Shown here in pieces: positions 8,070-18,072 of a stretch of 30,609 nucleotides of DNA. Below the pieces are notes generated by a model. It ran no database searches. It saw only the letters and a program-made list of their open reading frames with translations, and was not told where the DNA came from. Source of the stretch: a virus (lineage: Duplodnaviria; Caudoviricetes); the IMG/VR virus record IMGVR_UViG_3300016265_000403, positions 1-30,609 of that record; one strand, written 5' to 3'. Numbering within the stretch: position 1 is the stretch's first letter; each line of letters opens with the position of its first letter. Made by a program: the position numbers and the translations under genes.

Positions 8070-8723
8070 ATGTTAGATTTCAAACTAAAATTAAAGGTCA
8101 AATCTGGTGGAGTATTGACAGAAAAAGATTTTGAATCATTAAAGGATATTGGTATAACAACAGAACCAAGTTCCAATGATTTAGACGAAGATGTAAAAAC
8201 AATTGCTAATTTTGTCAAAGAAGCAATTGACAAAATGAAAAGTGAATTGTTATCACAAAAAGCATACACATCACGCAGAACATTAATCCAAGGCATTAAG
8301 CCGTTACCAATTGTTGCTAACAAACAAAAAATTGTTATAGCAATTGTTGCTCCATATTATTGGGATTTCATCAACGAAGGTGTAAAAGGAAAGTATAACA
8401 CAAAACAAGGTGCAGAAAAATCGCCATATCAATACGGAGATAAAGCACCACCAGTAAAAGCAATGTTGCAATACATCAAAGCAAAACCATTGCAAATTAG
8501 TGTTACACCAAGAACAAAGAATGGTAGGGAGATGAAAGTAACAAAACGAGATATTGCAAAACAGACAAAACGAGCCGCATATGCAATGAGCCGTAGCATT
8601 CAAGCAAATGGTATTAGGGGAACACATTTTGTCAATAACACATTAACAACACAATTTGTAGAAGAATTTGAACAAATAATGTTAGAAAGATTTCAAAAAC
8701 GAGTAACAATAAAAATTAAATAA
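8070..8723 (+). CDS. Putative virion morphogenesis/tail-completion protein (HK97 gp10-like)
   Basis: Basic protein with APYYWDFINEGVKG, PP...I..K and AYAMSRSIQANGIRGTHF patterns; located in the tail block. Confidence 0.5.
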   Translation: MLDFKLKLKVKSGGVLTEKDFESLKDIGITTEPSSNDLDEDVKTIANFVKEAIDKMKSELLSQKAYTSRRTLIQGIKPLPIVANKQKIVIAIVAPYYWDFINEGVKGKYNTKQGAEKSPYQYGDKAPPVKAMLQYIKAKPLQISVTPRTKNGREMKVTKRDIAKQTKRAAYAMSRSIQANGIRGTHFVNNTLTTQFVEEFEQIMLERFQKRVTIKIK

Positions 8724-8725
8724 CA

Positions 8726-10030
8726 ATGGCTTTAACAATTTTAACAGAACCACAAATAGTAACACCAGCATTAAATCCAGAGGTGTACATTGTTAGCAGT
8801 ACAATAGCCGCAACGGCAAACCAATTTCGTTACATATGTGATGTTAGGGATTCAACTAATTCAGTTGTAACACGATTAAAAGCCGATAGGGATACAAAAA
8901 TGATAACAAGCATTCCAAGTGGTGTTGGTTATTTTGATGTATCAACAATTGTTAGGACATTAATTGTACCAACAAAACAAGGAATAAATTTAACTGGATT
9001 TAGGAATACTTTATCCCCAAACGCAGTATCATCTTCATATAGTGTTGTGTTAGGAGAACAATACATTGACAATTTAACAAATCCACCAACAATCATTACA
9101 ACTGGTTTGGTTACTGGTTCAACGAGGTATGCCGTGTTTGGTCAATTGTCGCAAATGGAATATACGGATTTTTCTATGTGGACAAATCGGTTTCCAGCGT
9201 TAGGAGGTGTTTCACCATCAAATTTGCCGTTATGCACTTGGCTAACAAAATATGTATATTCCGATACATACGATTATTTAAGTGTTGGACAAGACCCAAG
9301 TTCTGGCGATGCGTTTCCGTATGCAAGAATAACATATTATGACCAATACAATACGCAATTAAGACAATATTATGTTACTGCTGGTGCAGCAACAACTTTT
9401 AATGCAGTTGTTAAAACATTTGGTTCTGGACCATTAAACATTAAAGCATTAACATCTGGACAATGTTCCGATGGACAAAGTGGTGTTACCAATTTCCCAG
9501 ATTACGAAGGAGGAAATTATACAATAGAATTTGGTTATGTTACATCTTGGACAAAACCAGCAAAATATGTTATACGCAGTTGTACACCATACAAAAAAAT
9601 AGGGATTTGGTTTGAGAATAAATATGGTGTTTTTGAATCGTTTTATTTTGCGTATAAAAATAGGCAGTCAATAAATGTTGCAAGAAATACATATCTACGC
9701 AATGTTAGAAAATTAAGAGCAACAACTGCTGGTAATGCAAATGTATTTGAAGAAACAAGTACAACAATTTATAGCGGTAACCAAAAAACATTATGGAATT
9801 TAAATTCAGCAATCTTAACAGAAGATGAATATACTTGGTTGCAAGAAATGATAGATTCGCCAATGTGTTGGTTGGATTTGTCGCAAATTTATCCAACAAT
9901 AAGTTTGATATCTTCGCAAATTGATTGTGTTATAAACAACACAGATTACAATTTAATTAAACGAGCAAATGACAAGCAAAGGTCATTAAACATTCAAGTA
10001 CAAGAAGGTTTTGTAAATAACATTTTATGA
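8726..10030 (+). CDS. Putative tail structural protein (distal tail/baseplate-like)
   Basis: 434 aa, rich in T/S/G/Y and beta-type sequence; C-terminal WFENKYGVFESFYF...LNS...WLQEMIDSP; coupled to the next tail gene (ATGA). Confidence 0.5.
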   Translation: MALTILTEPQIVTPALNPEVYIVSSTIAATANQFRYICDVRDSTNSVVTRLKADRDTKMITSIPSGVGYFDVSTIVRTLIVPTKQGINLTGFRNTLSPNAVSSSYSVVLGEQYIDNLTNPPTIITTGLVTGSTRYAVFGQLSQMEYTDFSMWTNRFPALGGVSPSNLPLCTWLTKYVYSDTYDYLSVGQDPSSGDAFPYARITYYDQYNTQLRQYYVTAGAATTFNAVVKTFGSGPLNIKALTSGQCSDGQSGVTNFPDYEGGNYTIEFGYVTSWTKPAKYVIRSCTPYKKIGIWFENKYGVFESFYFAYKNRQSINVARNTYLRNVRKLRATTAGNANVFEETSTTIYSGNQKTLWNLNSAILTEDEYTWLQEMIDSPMCWLDLSQIYPTISLISSQIDCVINNTDYNLIKRANDKQRSLNIQVQEGFVNNIL

Positions 10031-12912
10031 GCAGTATCCAAATAAAAATTTATCCATTAAACGATTCTAACCAAGAAGTCCAATACGAATTGGATTTAAT
10101 GGGAGAATTGGATATTGCCGTAACATATGCTATTGATGACATTGAGGACATAACAAAACGCAAAGCATCATTTAGCAAAACTATAACAATACCTAATACA
10201 CAAGAGAATGCACAAGCATTCAAATTTGCGTATAACATACAATCTTTTGCTGGTGGATTTACTCCTAACAAAAAAATACGATGTGTTGTAGTGCAAGATG
10301 GGATTGAGATATTCCAAGGTGTTTTGCAGTTATTGTCAATATCAAAAATAAGCAATAACATATCTTACGAATGTTCTATTTTTTCCGAAGAGATAGATTT
10401 TTACCAAACGATAAACAATAAATTGTTATCGGATTTGTCTGGATTAACGGCAATGAATCACGCACCAACAAGTGCAATTGTAGAAAATAGTTGGACAAGT
10501 GGTCATTTAAGCGGATATGTTTACGGATTGGTTGATAACTATGGTGCAAACGATGTGTTGCAACAAAACATAACAATGCGAGTGCCTTGGTATAAATTCA
10601 CTCCATCCGTTTATGTCAAGCATTTAATTGATTTAATATTTAAAGAATCTGGATACACATATGAATCCACATTTTTTAACACAACATTTTTTAAATCTCT
10701 TGTTGTTCCGTATTCTTTGGATAAGGCTGGAACACCAACAACTGGGTTTAATTCTTATGTTGGAGCAACTGGAACAATATCAATACCCAATTATCCATCC
10801 CAAGTATGTGTTAGTGGAACAATAAATCAAAAGAAACGCATTCCGTTTAATGTAGATAATACTGGTATCTTTTACGATAGTTCTGGATATTGGGTTGCAT
10901 CTTCTAATGTGTTTGTAACACCAAATAATGGAGTAAATAGCATATGGGATTTTAGTGCTAAAATCACTCCGTTGTTTAGAAATAACACAACAATGGCAAA
11001 TATGTATTTTGCAATACAAAAAGTTGTTGGAGCAACACAAACAAATCCAGTTGTACCAAATACTTTGTATTCAAGAGCAATGCAATGGGATACTCCATTT
11101 TATGTTAATTGGACTAACATAACATTAGAACCTAATACTATTTATGAATTTGTAGTTGGATTTCAACCAACAACAACACCAACGGCAACAATTGGATTGG
11201 GAGGATTGTTACCAAGTGGATTACCAGATACATCATTAGTAATAAAAGGTGTTGAAGTTTTTGACCAATACGATTTTAAAAAGGTAGTACCAAAAGACAT
11301 CAAGCAAGTTGATTTAATACAAGATTTGCAAAAGATGTTTAATTTGTACATAACACAAGACAGACAAAATAGCAAGAAATTATACATTGAACCTTGGAAA
11401 GATTATTACGATATTGGTAACAACGCATTGGATTGGACAACAAAAATTGATGAATCAGCAGAACAAACAATAACAAATGGTTTGTCAAACAATGTTAAGA
11501 ATGTAATATTTAGATACAGACAAGCCAATGATTATTTGCATAAATCTTACAAGCAATTGTATCCAACAGATGAGGCTGGATATGGTGGTATTGATGCCGA
11601 TTTAGAAAATTATTACGGAAAAAGTAGCCGTATAACAGAACTTAAATGTGCAACAATAATTCCAGCGACATTTCAAGGAGCAATACCAGTTTCCAGAACT
11701 TGGGATTATGATGGGGCGGCAGTATCTGCTAACATTAAACCATTGGAATGTGGGTACAGAATTGCACAATATAATTTTATATCATCTATAACATTTGAAT
11801 ATTTATACAATCCAACAAATTATGTAGATAAATATTTGCCGTTTATTTCTCATACAGATAGACCATTAGACCCAACAATAGATTTAGCGTTTGGAATGCC
11901 CAAACGCATTTTTTACAATGCACCAAATGTTAGTGGAAACATATTGTACACAAATAACAATTTGTATAATGTGTATTGGAAAGAATACATTGAAGAAATA
12001 ATGTCCACAGATGCAATGACATTAACGGCATATGCGTTGCTAACACCAAAGGATATAAACAATTTAAACTTTAACAAATTAATATTCTACAAAGGAATAT
12101 TGTTTAGATTAATTAGCATTGAAGATTACATTTTAGGCAAACAAAAAACGGCTAAAATAACATTGCGTAGAGTATTGGGATTACCAAAATTTAAATCAAC
12201 AACGCTAATTTCAATAACAAATGAAACACCAGCAATTAAAGTTTCCGAATCTGCAAATGCAGTAAAAGAATATAGACCAGTATTGGGAGGCAGAATAATA
12301 CCAATAACACAAGGTTTAGTTGGCTCAACTTGGGAAGGAACATATAACCCAACAACAATTTATGCACCAACGGATATTGTTCAATTAAACGGACAATCTT
12401 TTATTGCAAAAGATTATGTGTATGGTGTTACACCAACAACATTTGCAACGGATTTTTGGACATTAGTTGCGGCAAAAGGAGCAGATGGAGCAAATGGTGC
12501 AGATGGTGTTAGTGGTTCGGATGGTGCAATTAGTGGAAGATGGATTTACGATTCAACTTATAATGGTAATCCATCACAAACATATTTTCAATCCGATGAC
12601 CCAGATTGGAGTAATATTGGTAAATTTTATTTAAACCAAACAGAATATGAAACGGCATCTTCCTTTATTGCTTATTTCCAAATAATGCAAATGTATGTAG
12701 GCATTCCAGTAGATGTCTATTTAGAAATACAATGTGTTTCAACAAATGCACTAAAACAAAATAAAGCGTTGTATTTGGTATATGGTGTAACAGATGTTGG
12801 TGGTGGAATATGGGAAATAGTGGTAGGAGTTCAACAAAAAAATGGAACGCCACAAGCAAACAAAATTCACGCATTTAAATTTCTTGCAATGGGTGTTCTT
12901 ACTTGGGCATAA
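10027..12912 (+). CDS. Large tail tip/hub protein with C-terminal CBM-like, collagen-like and terminal domains
   Basis: 961 aa. N-terminal DI.DITKRKASFSKTITIP and QKMFNLY...LYIEP motifs; WEGTYNPTTIYAPTDIVQLNGQSFIA module; GXY repeats KGADGANGADGVSGSDGA; adjacent to tape measure. Confidence 0.65.
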   Translation: MSSIQIKIYPLNDSNQEVQYELDLMGELDIAVTYAIDDIEDITKRKASFSKTITIPNTQENAQAFKFAYNIQSFAGGFTPNKKIRCVVVQDGIEIFQGVLQLLSISKISNNISYECSIFSEEIDFYQTINNKLLSDLSGLTAMNHAPTSAIVENSWTSGHLSGYVYGLVDNYGANDVLQQNITMRVPWYKFTPSVYVKHLIDLIFKESGYTYESTFFNTTFFKSLVVPYSLDKAGTPTTGFNSYVGATGTISIPNYPSQVCVSGTINQKKRIPFNVDNTGIFYDSSGYWVASSNVFVTPNNGVNSIWDFSAKITPLFRNNTTMANMYFAIQKVVGATQTNPVVPNTLYSRAMQWDTPFYVNWTNITLEPNTIYEFVVGFQPTTTPTATIGLGGLLPSGLPDTSLVIKGVEVFDQYDFKKVVPKDIKQVDLIQDLQKMFNLYITQDRQNSKKLYIEPWKDYYDIGNNALDWTTKIDESAEQTITNGLSNNVKNVIFRYRQANDYLHKSYKQLYPTDEAGYGGIDADLENYYGKSSRITELKCATIIPATFQGAIPVSRTWDYDGAAVSANIKPLECGYRIAQYNFISSITFEYLYNPTNYVDKYLPFISHTDRPLDPTIDLAFGMPKRIFYNAPNVSGNILYTNNNLYNVYWKEYIEEIMSTDAMTLTAYALLTPKDINNLNFNKLIFYKGILFRLISIEDYILGKQKTAKITLRRVLGLPKFKSTTLISITNETPAIKVSESANAVKEYRPVLGGRIIPITQGLVGSTWEGTYNPTTIYAPTDIVQLNGQSFIAKDYVYGVTPTTFATDFWTLVAAKGADGANGADGVSGSDGAISGRWIYDSTYNGNPSQTYFQSDDPDWSNIGKFYLNQTEYETASSFIAYFQIMQMYVGIPVDVYLEIQCVSTNALKQNKALYLVYGVTDVGGGIWEIVVGVQQKNGTPQANKIHAFKFLAMGVLTWA

Positions 12913-12957
12913 TAACAAAAAATAAATAAAAATAACATAAAATAAACGCATATAACA

Positions 12958-15210
12958 ATGGCTAAAAAGAACGAAGTAATAGCAGAATTTGGTGCAGAGG
13001 ATAAAAGCAGTAATGCAATCCAATCGGCAAAAACAAGGCTAAAAGAACTAAAGCAAGAGATGACCGCATTGTCTATTGCTGGAAAACAAAACACAGACCA
13101 ATTTAGGGCATTAGCAAAAGAGGCTGGTGAATTAAATGATACAATGGCTGATGTTAGCCAAACAATAAAAAATGTTGGTAGTGATACAAAAAATATAGAA
13201 GTATTTAGTGAAGCAGTTAGAGGGATTGCGGCTGGATTTGCAATTGCCCAAGGAACTGCGGCATTGTTTGGAGAAGAAAATGAAGAATTGCAAAAGACCT
13301 TGGTTCAAGTACAAGGTGCAATGGCTTTGTTAAATGGTGTTACTGAAATTAGTAATTTGTTACAAGCCGAAAGCCAAGTAATGATTAAGGCAAATGCTAT
13401 TGCCTTGGGATTGTATAACGGCATTTTGCGTATTACTGGAACAACTGCGGCAACGGCAACAATATCTTTAAGAGCATTTAAGATTGCTTTGGCTACAACT
13501 GGTATTGGTGCATTGGTTGTGGGTCTTGCATATTTTGTTGAGGCAATGAATAAAGCCAATAAAGCAACAAAAGATGCAACAAAAGCAAAAGAAAAATTTG
13601 AAGATGTAAAATCAAATTCCGAAGCAAGGATTAAATCGTTTGATAATGAAACGCAAATTATTGTTAATAATCTAAAAATTAGAAATGCAAGTGAAATAAC
13701 TATTGCAAACACAATAAAAGATAGAATAAGATTAAGAAATATTGAAACAAAACAAATAGTACAAACTAACATTGATGAAATAAATAGGTTAAGAGAATCG
13801 GTAAAAGAAGAAATAAAAGCAATACAAGATAAAAAAGAAGCACAAGTTAAATTTATTGAATGGGAAAAAACATATGGTAAACCACAAGTTGGTAGAGGTG
13901 GAGCAATTATAGGGCAAAGAAATCCGTATGCAGATGCACGAGTAAAAGATGTAACAAAAGAACAAGAAAAAGTAAATGAAGTTAATAAACAAATTCAAAA
14001 ATTATTAAATGAAAACATACAATTAAATCAGCAAATGGTTATAACCAGCCAAGAGGCAACGCTTGGTGTTCAAAATGCTATAAAAAATGCTAATAAAGGA
14101 ACGGCTGATAGTGCTAAAAAGAATTTGGAAGATGTTAAAGAATTTATAGAACAAGCACAACAAACAATTAGAGATGCTAACAAAACAGAATTAGAACAAG
14201 AATTAAATGCAATTGATGACCGATACAAAGAAATTGCAAAGAAAGTTGTTAAAAATTCGGATGAAGAAAAACAATTAACTGAATTAATAGAAAAAGAAAA
14301 AGAAGCAGTAAGAGAAAAATACAGAATTATACAAAATGAGAAATACACAGAATTTTTAAAGCAACAAAATCTTGAATTAAAAAAGGCTAACAAAGCAGAA
14401 TTAGAACAAGCCATTATTGATGTTGAAACACAATTTGAAGAATTATTAAAAGCCTACAAAGAAGGTAGTGAAGAAAGAATTGCGTTAGAAAAATTGTTAC
14501 AAGAAAGATTAGCCGCAATACGGAAACAATATGCAGACAAACAAGCAATAGAAGACAAAAAGAATCGTCAAAAAGAATTAGATGAATTTGGTGAGTATAT
14601 GGGCAATTTAATTGAATCAATGAAAGAGTTTCAGCAAAAAGCGAAAACTAACACATTTGATTTGTTGCAAACTGCTACAACATCTGTCTTTGGAGCAATA
14701 GACGATATTATAACATCAACTGCTGGTAAATCGGAAGCGGCACAACGCAAAGCATTTGAACAAACAAAAAAGTTTGCATTAGCGGAAACGATTATTAGCA
14801 CTTATGCGTCTGCTCAAAAGGCATACCAATCACAACTTAATTTGTTACCAGATTCGCCAATACGAGCCGCAATAGCGGCTGGTTCGGCAATTGTTGCTGG
14901 TATTGGAAGATTTATTAAAATTCAAAATACACAATTTGAATCTCCATCTATGTCTGGTGGTTCATCGGCAACTGGTGGTGTTAGCGGAGGATTAAGCGGA
15001 TTAACTGCACCACAATTTGGTGGAGGTTCAACAAGTCCAAATAATTCGTTGGGCAATTTGTCAAATCCAAATACTGGTAACAATGCCCAAAACATTGTAA
15101 ACAATCAAAGTCAAGCACAAACCATTAGAGCCTATGTTGTTGAGCGAGATATAACACAAACTAACCAACGCATCCAACGGCTACAAGAATTTGCAACATT
15201 GGGCAATTAA
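12958..15210 (+). CDS. Tape measure protein
   Basis: 750 aa, A/E/K/Q-rich coiled coil with hydrophobic stretches (FKIALATTGIGALVVGL) and a C-terminal G/S/N-rich linker ending in RAYVVE.DI. Confidence 0.82.
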   Translation: MAKKNEVIAEFGAEDKSSNAIQSAKTRLKELKQEMTALSIAGKQNTDQFRALAKEAGELNDTMADVSQTIKNVGSDTKNIEVFSEAVRGIAAGFAIAQGTAALFGEENEELQKTLVQVQGAMALLNGVTEISNLLQAESQVMIKANAIALGLYNGILRITGTTAATATISLRAFKIALATTGIGALVVGLAYFVEAMNKANKATKDATKAKEKFEDVKSNSEARIKSFDNETQIIVNNLKIRNASEITIANTIKDRIRLRNIETKQIVQTNIDEINRLRESVKEEIKAIQDKKEAQVKFIEWEKTYGKPQVGRGGAIIGQRNPYADARVKDVTKEQEKVNEVNKQIQKLLNENIQLNQQMVITSQEATLGVQNAIKNANKGTADSAKKNLEDVKEFIEQAQQTIRDANKTELEQELNAIDDRYKEIAKKVVKNSDEEKQLTELIEKEKEAVREKYRIIQNEKYTEFLKQQNLELKKANKAELEQAIIDVETQFEELLKAYKEGSEERIALEKLLQERLAAIRKQYADKQAIEDKKNRQKELDEFGEYMGNLIESMKEFQQKAKTNTFDLLQTATTSVFGAIDDIITSTAGKSEAAQRKAFEQTKKFALAETIISTYASAQKAYQSQLNLLPDSPIRAAIAAGSAIVAGIGRFIKIQNTQFESPSMSGGSSATGGVSGGLSGLTAPQFGGGSTSPNNSLGNLSNPNTGNNAQNIVNNQSQAQTIRAYVVERDITQTNQRIQRLQEFATLGN

Positions 15211-15824
15211 TGTTATTTAACGATATGGATTTTCCAGTTTACAAAATGACAATTGACGAACTAACAGAGGGAGTGCAATATGTTAGTTTGGTTGATTTAC
15301 CAGCAATTGAAAAGCCTTTCCAAGCGTTTGACAAACAGACAACACAAAGGTTTAGGGAAACAAACGAACAACGAGTATTGTCTGGTCCATTAATGTTAGC
15401 AGATGTGCCTATTTATCGTGAGGATTCATCTTATGGTCAGTATTATGTTGTGTTTGACAAAGCAACAATACGCAAGATTGTCCAAAAATATTTTAAGCAA
15501 GGCAACCAACATAATGTCAATGCGTTCCATAACACCGAATTGGATGGTGTTTTTATGTTTGAATCTTACATAATTGACAAAGCCAGAGGCATTAACCCAC
15601 CAATTGGATATGAAGATGTAACGGATGGGTCTTGGTTTGGTTCGTTCAAAGTTGAAAATGAGGAAGTTTGGGAAAACAGAAAAGCATTTACTGGTTTTAG
15701 CGTTGAGGGTTTGTTTGGCATGAAACCAGTAACAACAGATTTAGAATTGTCATTTAACGGCTTATTGACAGATTTAACAGATTTTTTGCAACATTTACAC
15801 AAAACAAATAATTATAACAAATGA
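15210..15824 (+). CDS. Putative prohead protease (XkdF-like serine peptidase)
   Basis: VSLVDLPAIE, GPLMLAD..IYR, NAFH, ESYI, GSWF and TGFSVEG; directly upstream of scaffold and capsid genes. Confidence 0.75.
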   Translation: MLFNDMDFPVYKMTIDELTEGVQYVSLVDLPAIEKPFQAFDKQTTQRFRETNEQRVLSGPLMLADVPIYREDSSYGQYYVVFDKATIRKIVQKYFKQGNQHNVNAFHNTELDGVFMFESYIIDKARGINPPIGYEDVTDGSWFGSFKVENEEVWENRKAFTGFSVEGLFGMKPVTTDLELSFNGLLTDLTDFLQHLHKTNNYNK

Positions 15825-16438
15825 TGAACTTAAAAGAATCAATTGAAGCCTTGCGTTCAACTCTACGCAGTTTCACAACACAACAAAAATTTGCCGATTA
15901 TAAATTGGCTGATGGTACTACAATCCGTATTAATGGGGATTTGGTTAATGGTGCAGAAGTGTTTGTTGTTACGGACACGGAAGTTTTACCAGCACCAGAT
16001 GGGGAACACACCATTGAGGGTGTTGGTGTTGTTAAAACAATGGGTGGTAGAATTACCGAAATTGTTGCAACACAAGAACCAATTGTTGAAGAACAAATGG
16101 AAATTACCCCAGAAATTGCAAGTGAGGTTACCGAGGAAATTGCTGGTGGATACCCAGAACTAACACCAGATGTTGTTGAAGAAATTGTCAAAAAACATTT
16201 GGTTGCAATTATGGAAGAACTTAAATTGGCTTATGCCGAAATGGGAACGATGAAAGAGAAAATGTCATTGTTTGCAACACAGATTAATTCCGTAGTGGAC
16301 ATTGTGGAACAAATTGGTAACGAACCATCTGCACCACAAAAAGTAACAACAAACGCAATCATTGAAAGCAAAAAGACAACGCAAGAACAAAACTTTTCAC
16401 AAGTAGCAGAAACACTTAAAAAACTCAAATCTAAATAA
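15821..16438 (+). CDS. Putative capsid scaffolding protein
   Basis: Acidic protein with LADGT and PAPDGEH motifs and a C-terminal helix; sits between protease and capsid genes. Confidence 0.55.
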   Translation: MMNLKESIEALRSTLRSFTTQQKFADYKLADGTTIRINGDLVNGAEVFVVTDTEVLPAPDGEHTIEGVGVVKTMGGRITEIVATQEPIVEEQMEITPEIASEVTEEIAGGYPELTPDVVEEIVKKHLVAIMEELKLAYAEMGTMKEKMSLFATQINSVVDIVEQIGNEPSAPQKVTTNAIIESKKTTQEQNFSQVAETLKKLKSK

Positions 16439-16459
16439 ACAATCTAAACACAAAACAAA

Positions 16460-17392
16460 ATGGCTTACAATTTTGGAAACCTTTCCGTTTACACGGAACA
16501 AAACAGATTGCCTTTGATTACCAAAGCAATCTTTGATGCTCGTAGTGCAAAATATTTTACTCCCCAAGTTGGGATTAAAAGTTCTGCCGCATTGAACTTG
16601 ATGGACACAACGCTAACACTACAAAGCGGAGCGTCTTGTGGTTACACATCAAGTGGTACTACCACATTGAGTAACAGAGTATTGTCCGTTGGGCGAATGA
16701 AAACACAAGAAACATTGTGTCCAAGGGAACTGGAACAATACTGGATTCAAACTCAATTGTTGGCTGGTTCAAACCAAGGAGATGAATCCATCCCATTTGA
16801 GCAACAATTTGCTGAATTGAAGGTAAAGAAAATTGCGGCCGCAATGGAAACCGCAATTTGGTCTGGTAACGCATATTTTTCTGGTATTATTAGTTTGCTA
16901 ACTGCGGCTGATTTGACTGGTTCTGTTGTTAGTGCTAATACTGCGAATGTTGCTACTATTACAACTGGTAACATTATCGACATCTTTAACACTATTTACG
17001 AAGCCGTACCAGCCGCAATTATTGGTAGAGATAACTTGGTTGCATTCTGTGGTTGGGATACTTTCCGTACTTTGTGCAATGCCGTAGTAAATAAAAACTA
17101 CTTTAATTGGTATCAAGACCCTAATGCACTTGCAAACGGAGAAGTGTTATATCCAGGAACTACAATGAAAGTTGTAGCAGTAAATGGTTTGAATGGTAGC
17201 ATTGCTTCCAAGCGACATATTGTTGCAACACATACTACAAACTTGTTTTACGGAACGGATTTGCTTTCGGATGAAGAACAATTTAACATTTGGTATTCAA
17301 AAGACAACGATGAAGTCCGTACCCAAGCCGCTTGGAAGGCTGGAGTGCAAGTTGCCTATGGAGATGAGATTGTTCGTTGGACACAAGCGTAA
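16460..17392 (+). CDS. Major capsid protein
   Basis: 310 aa after protease and scaffold; GIKS..., LCPRELE, E..IWSG and NLFYGTDLLSD motifs; composition and position typical of an HK97-fold capsid protein. Confidence 0.8.
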   Translation: MAYNFGNLSVYTEQNRLPLITKAIFDARSAKYFTPQVGIKSSAALNLMDTTLTLQSGASCGYTSSGTTTLSNRVLSVGRMKTQETLCPRELEQYWIQTQLLAGSNQGDESIPFEQQFAELKVKKIAAAMETAIWSGNAYFSGIISLLTAADLTGSVVSANTANVATITTGNIIDIFNTIYEAVPAAIIGRDNLVAFCGWDTFRTLCNAVVNKNYFNWYQDPNALANGEVLYPGTTMKVVAVNGLNGSIASKRHIVATHTTNLFYGTDLLSDEEQFNIWYSKDNDEVRTQAAWKAGVQVAYGDEIVRWTQA

Positions 17393-17407
17393 TTAAGTTA
17401 TAACAAT

Positions 17408-17962
17408 ATGTGTACCCTAACAAGTGGCTATTCTCTGGGTTGTTCAAGGAACAATGTTGGAGGAATGAAAACAATTCGCATTGCGAATTTTAACACAACT
17501 GGTTCAGTAGCCGTAACAACTGCAAATGTTGTTACTGCTATGACTGGGTATGCAAGTGCTGGTACTGGTGGTAACAATGCTTTCTATACATACAATTTGA
17601 CCAAGGCAACATCAATGTTCAAGGAAACAATTGTTGGTAGTATGGAAAACGGAACAACATTTTTCCAACCAGAAGCGACATTTGTTATTAACAAATTACA
17701 GACCCAAGTGCGAAATCAAATGGCTTTGTTAGCACAAGGACAATTGGTAGCAATTGCGGAGGATAGGAATGGAAGGTATTGGTTGTTAGGAATTGACAAT
17801 GCTTTGGATTTATTGACTGGTACACAAGATTCTGGTACTGCGTTTGGTGACCGAAATGGTTATGCGTTTACGCTTACTGGGATGGAATCCAGACCAATGT
17901 TAGAAGTATCTGGTTCATTGTTAGCAACAATTACAAGTACCACAACAATGGTTGGTGCATAA
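17408..17962 (+). CDS. Putative major tail (tube) protein
   Basis: 184 aa, T/G-rich; C..NVGG, ENGTTFF, EDRNG.YWL.G and GTAFGDRNGY..TLTG.E; follows the capsid gene and precedes a strong hairpin. Confidence 0.6.
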   Translation: MCTLTSGYSLGCSRNNVGGMKTIRIANFNTTGSVAVTTANVVTAMTGYASAGTGGNNAFYTYNLTKATSMFKETIVGSMENGTTFFQPEATFVINKLQTQVRNQMALLAQGQLVAIAEDRNGRYWLLGIDNALDLLTGTQDSGTAFGDRNGYAFTLTGMESRPMLEVSGSLLATITSTTTMVGA

Positions 17963-18014
17963 GACCAAAGTAGTGTTATATTTGTAAGGTTTTTCATTCA
18001 TAATTTAGTGGGTT

Positions 18015-18050
18015 ACAGAGCCTCACCAGAAATGGTGGGGCTTTGTTATA
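18015..18050 (+). terminator. Stem-loop after the capsid/tail-tube genes, probable intrinsic terminator
   Basis: ACAGAGCCTCACCA-GAAA-TGGTGGGGCTTTGT: 14-bp stem with two G-U pairs and a GAAA tetraloop, followed by an imperfect U-rich tail. Confidence 0.7.
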
Positions 18051-18054
18051 TTTG
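18047..18054 (+). promoter_or_regulatory. Candidate Bacteroidota -7 promoter element (TAnnTTTG)
   Basis: TATATTTG 18 nt upstream of ATG 18073, with a second copy at 17977-17984. No clear -33 element. Confidence 0.35.
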
Positions 18055-18072
18055 GGCAAATTATGTTATAAT

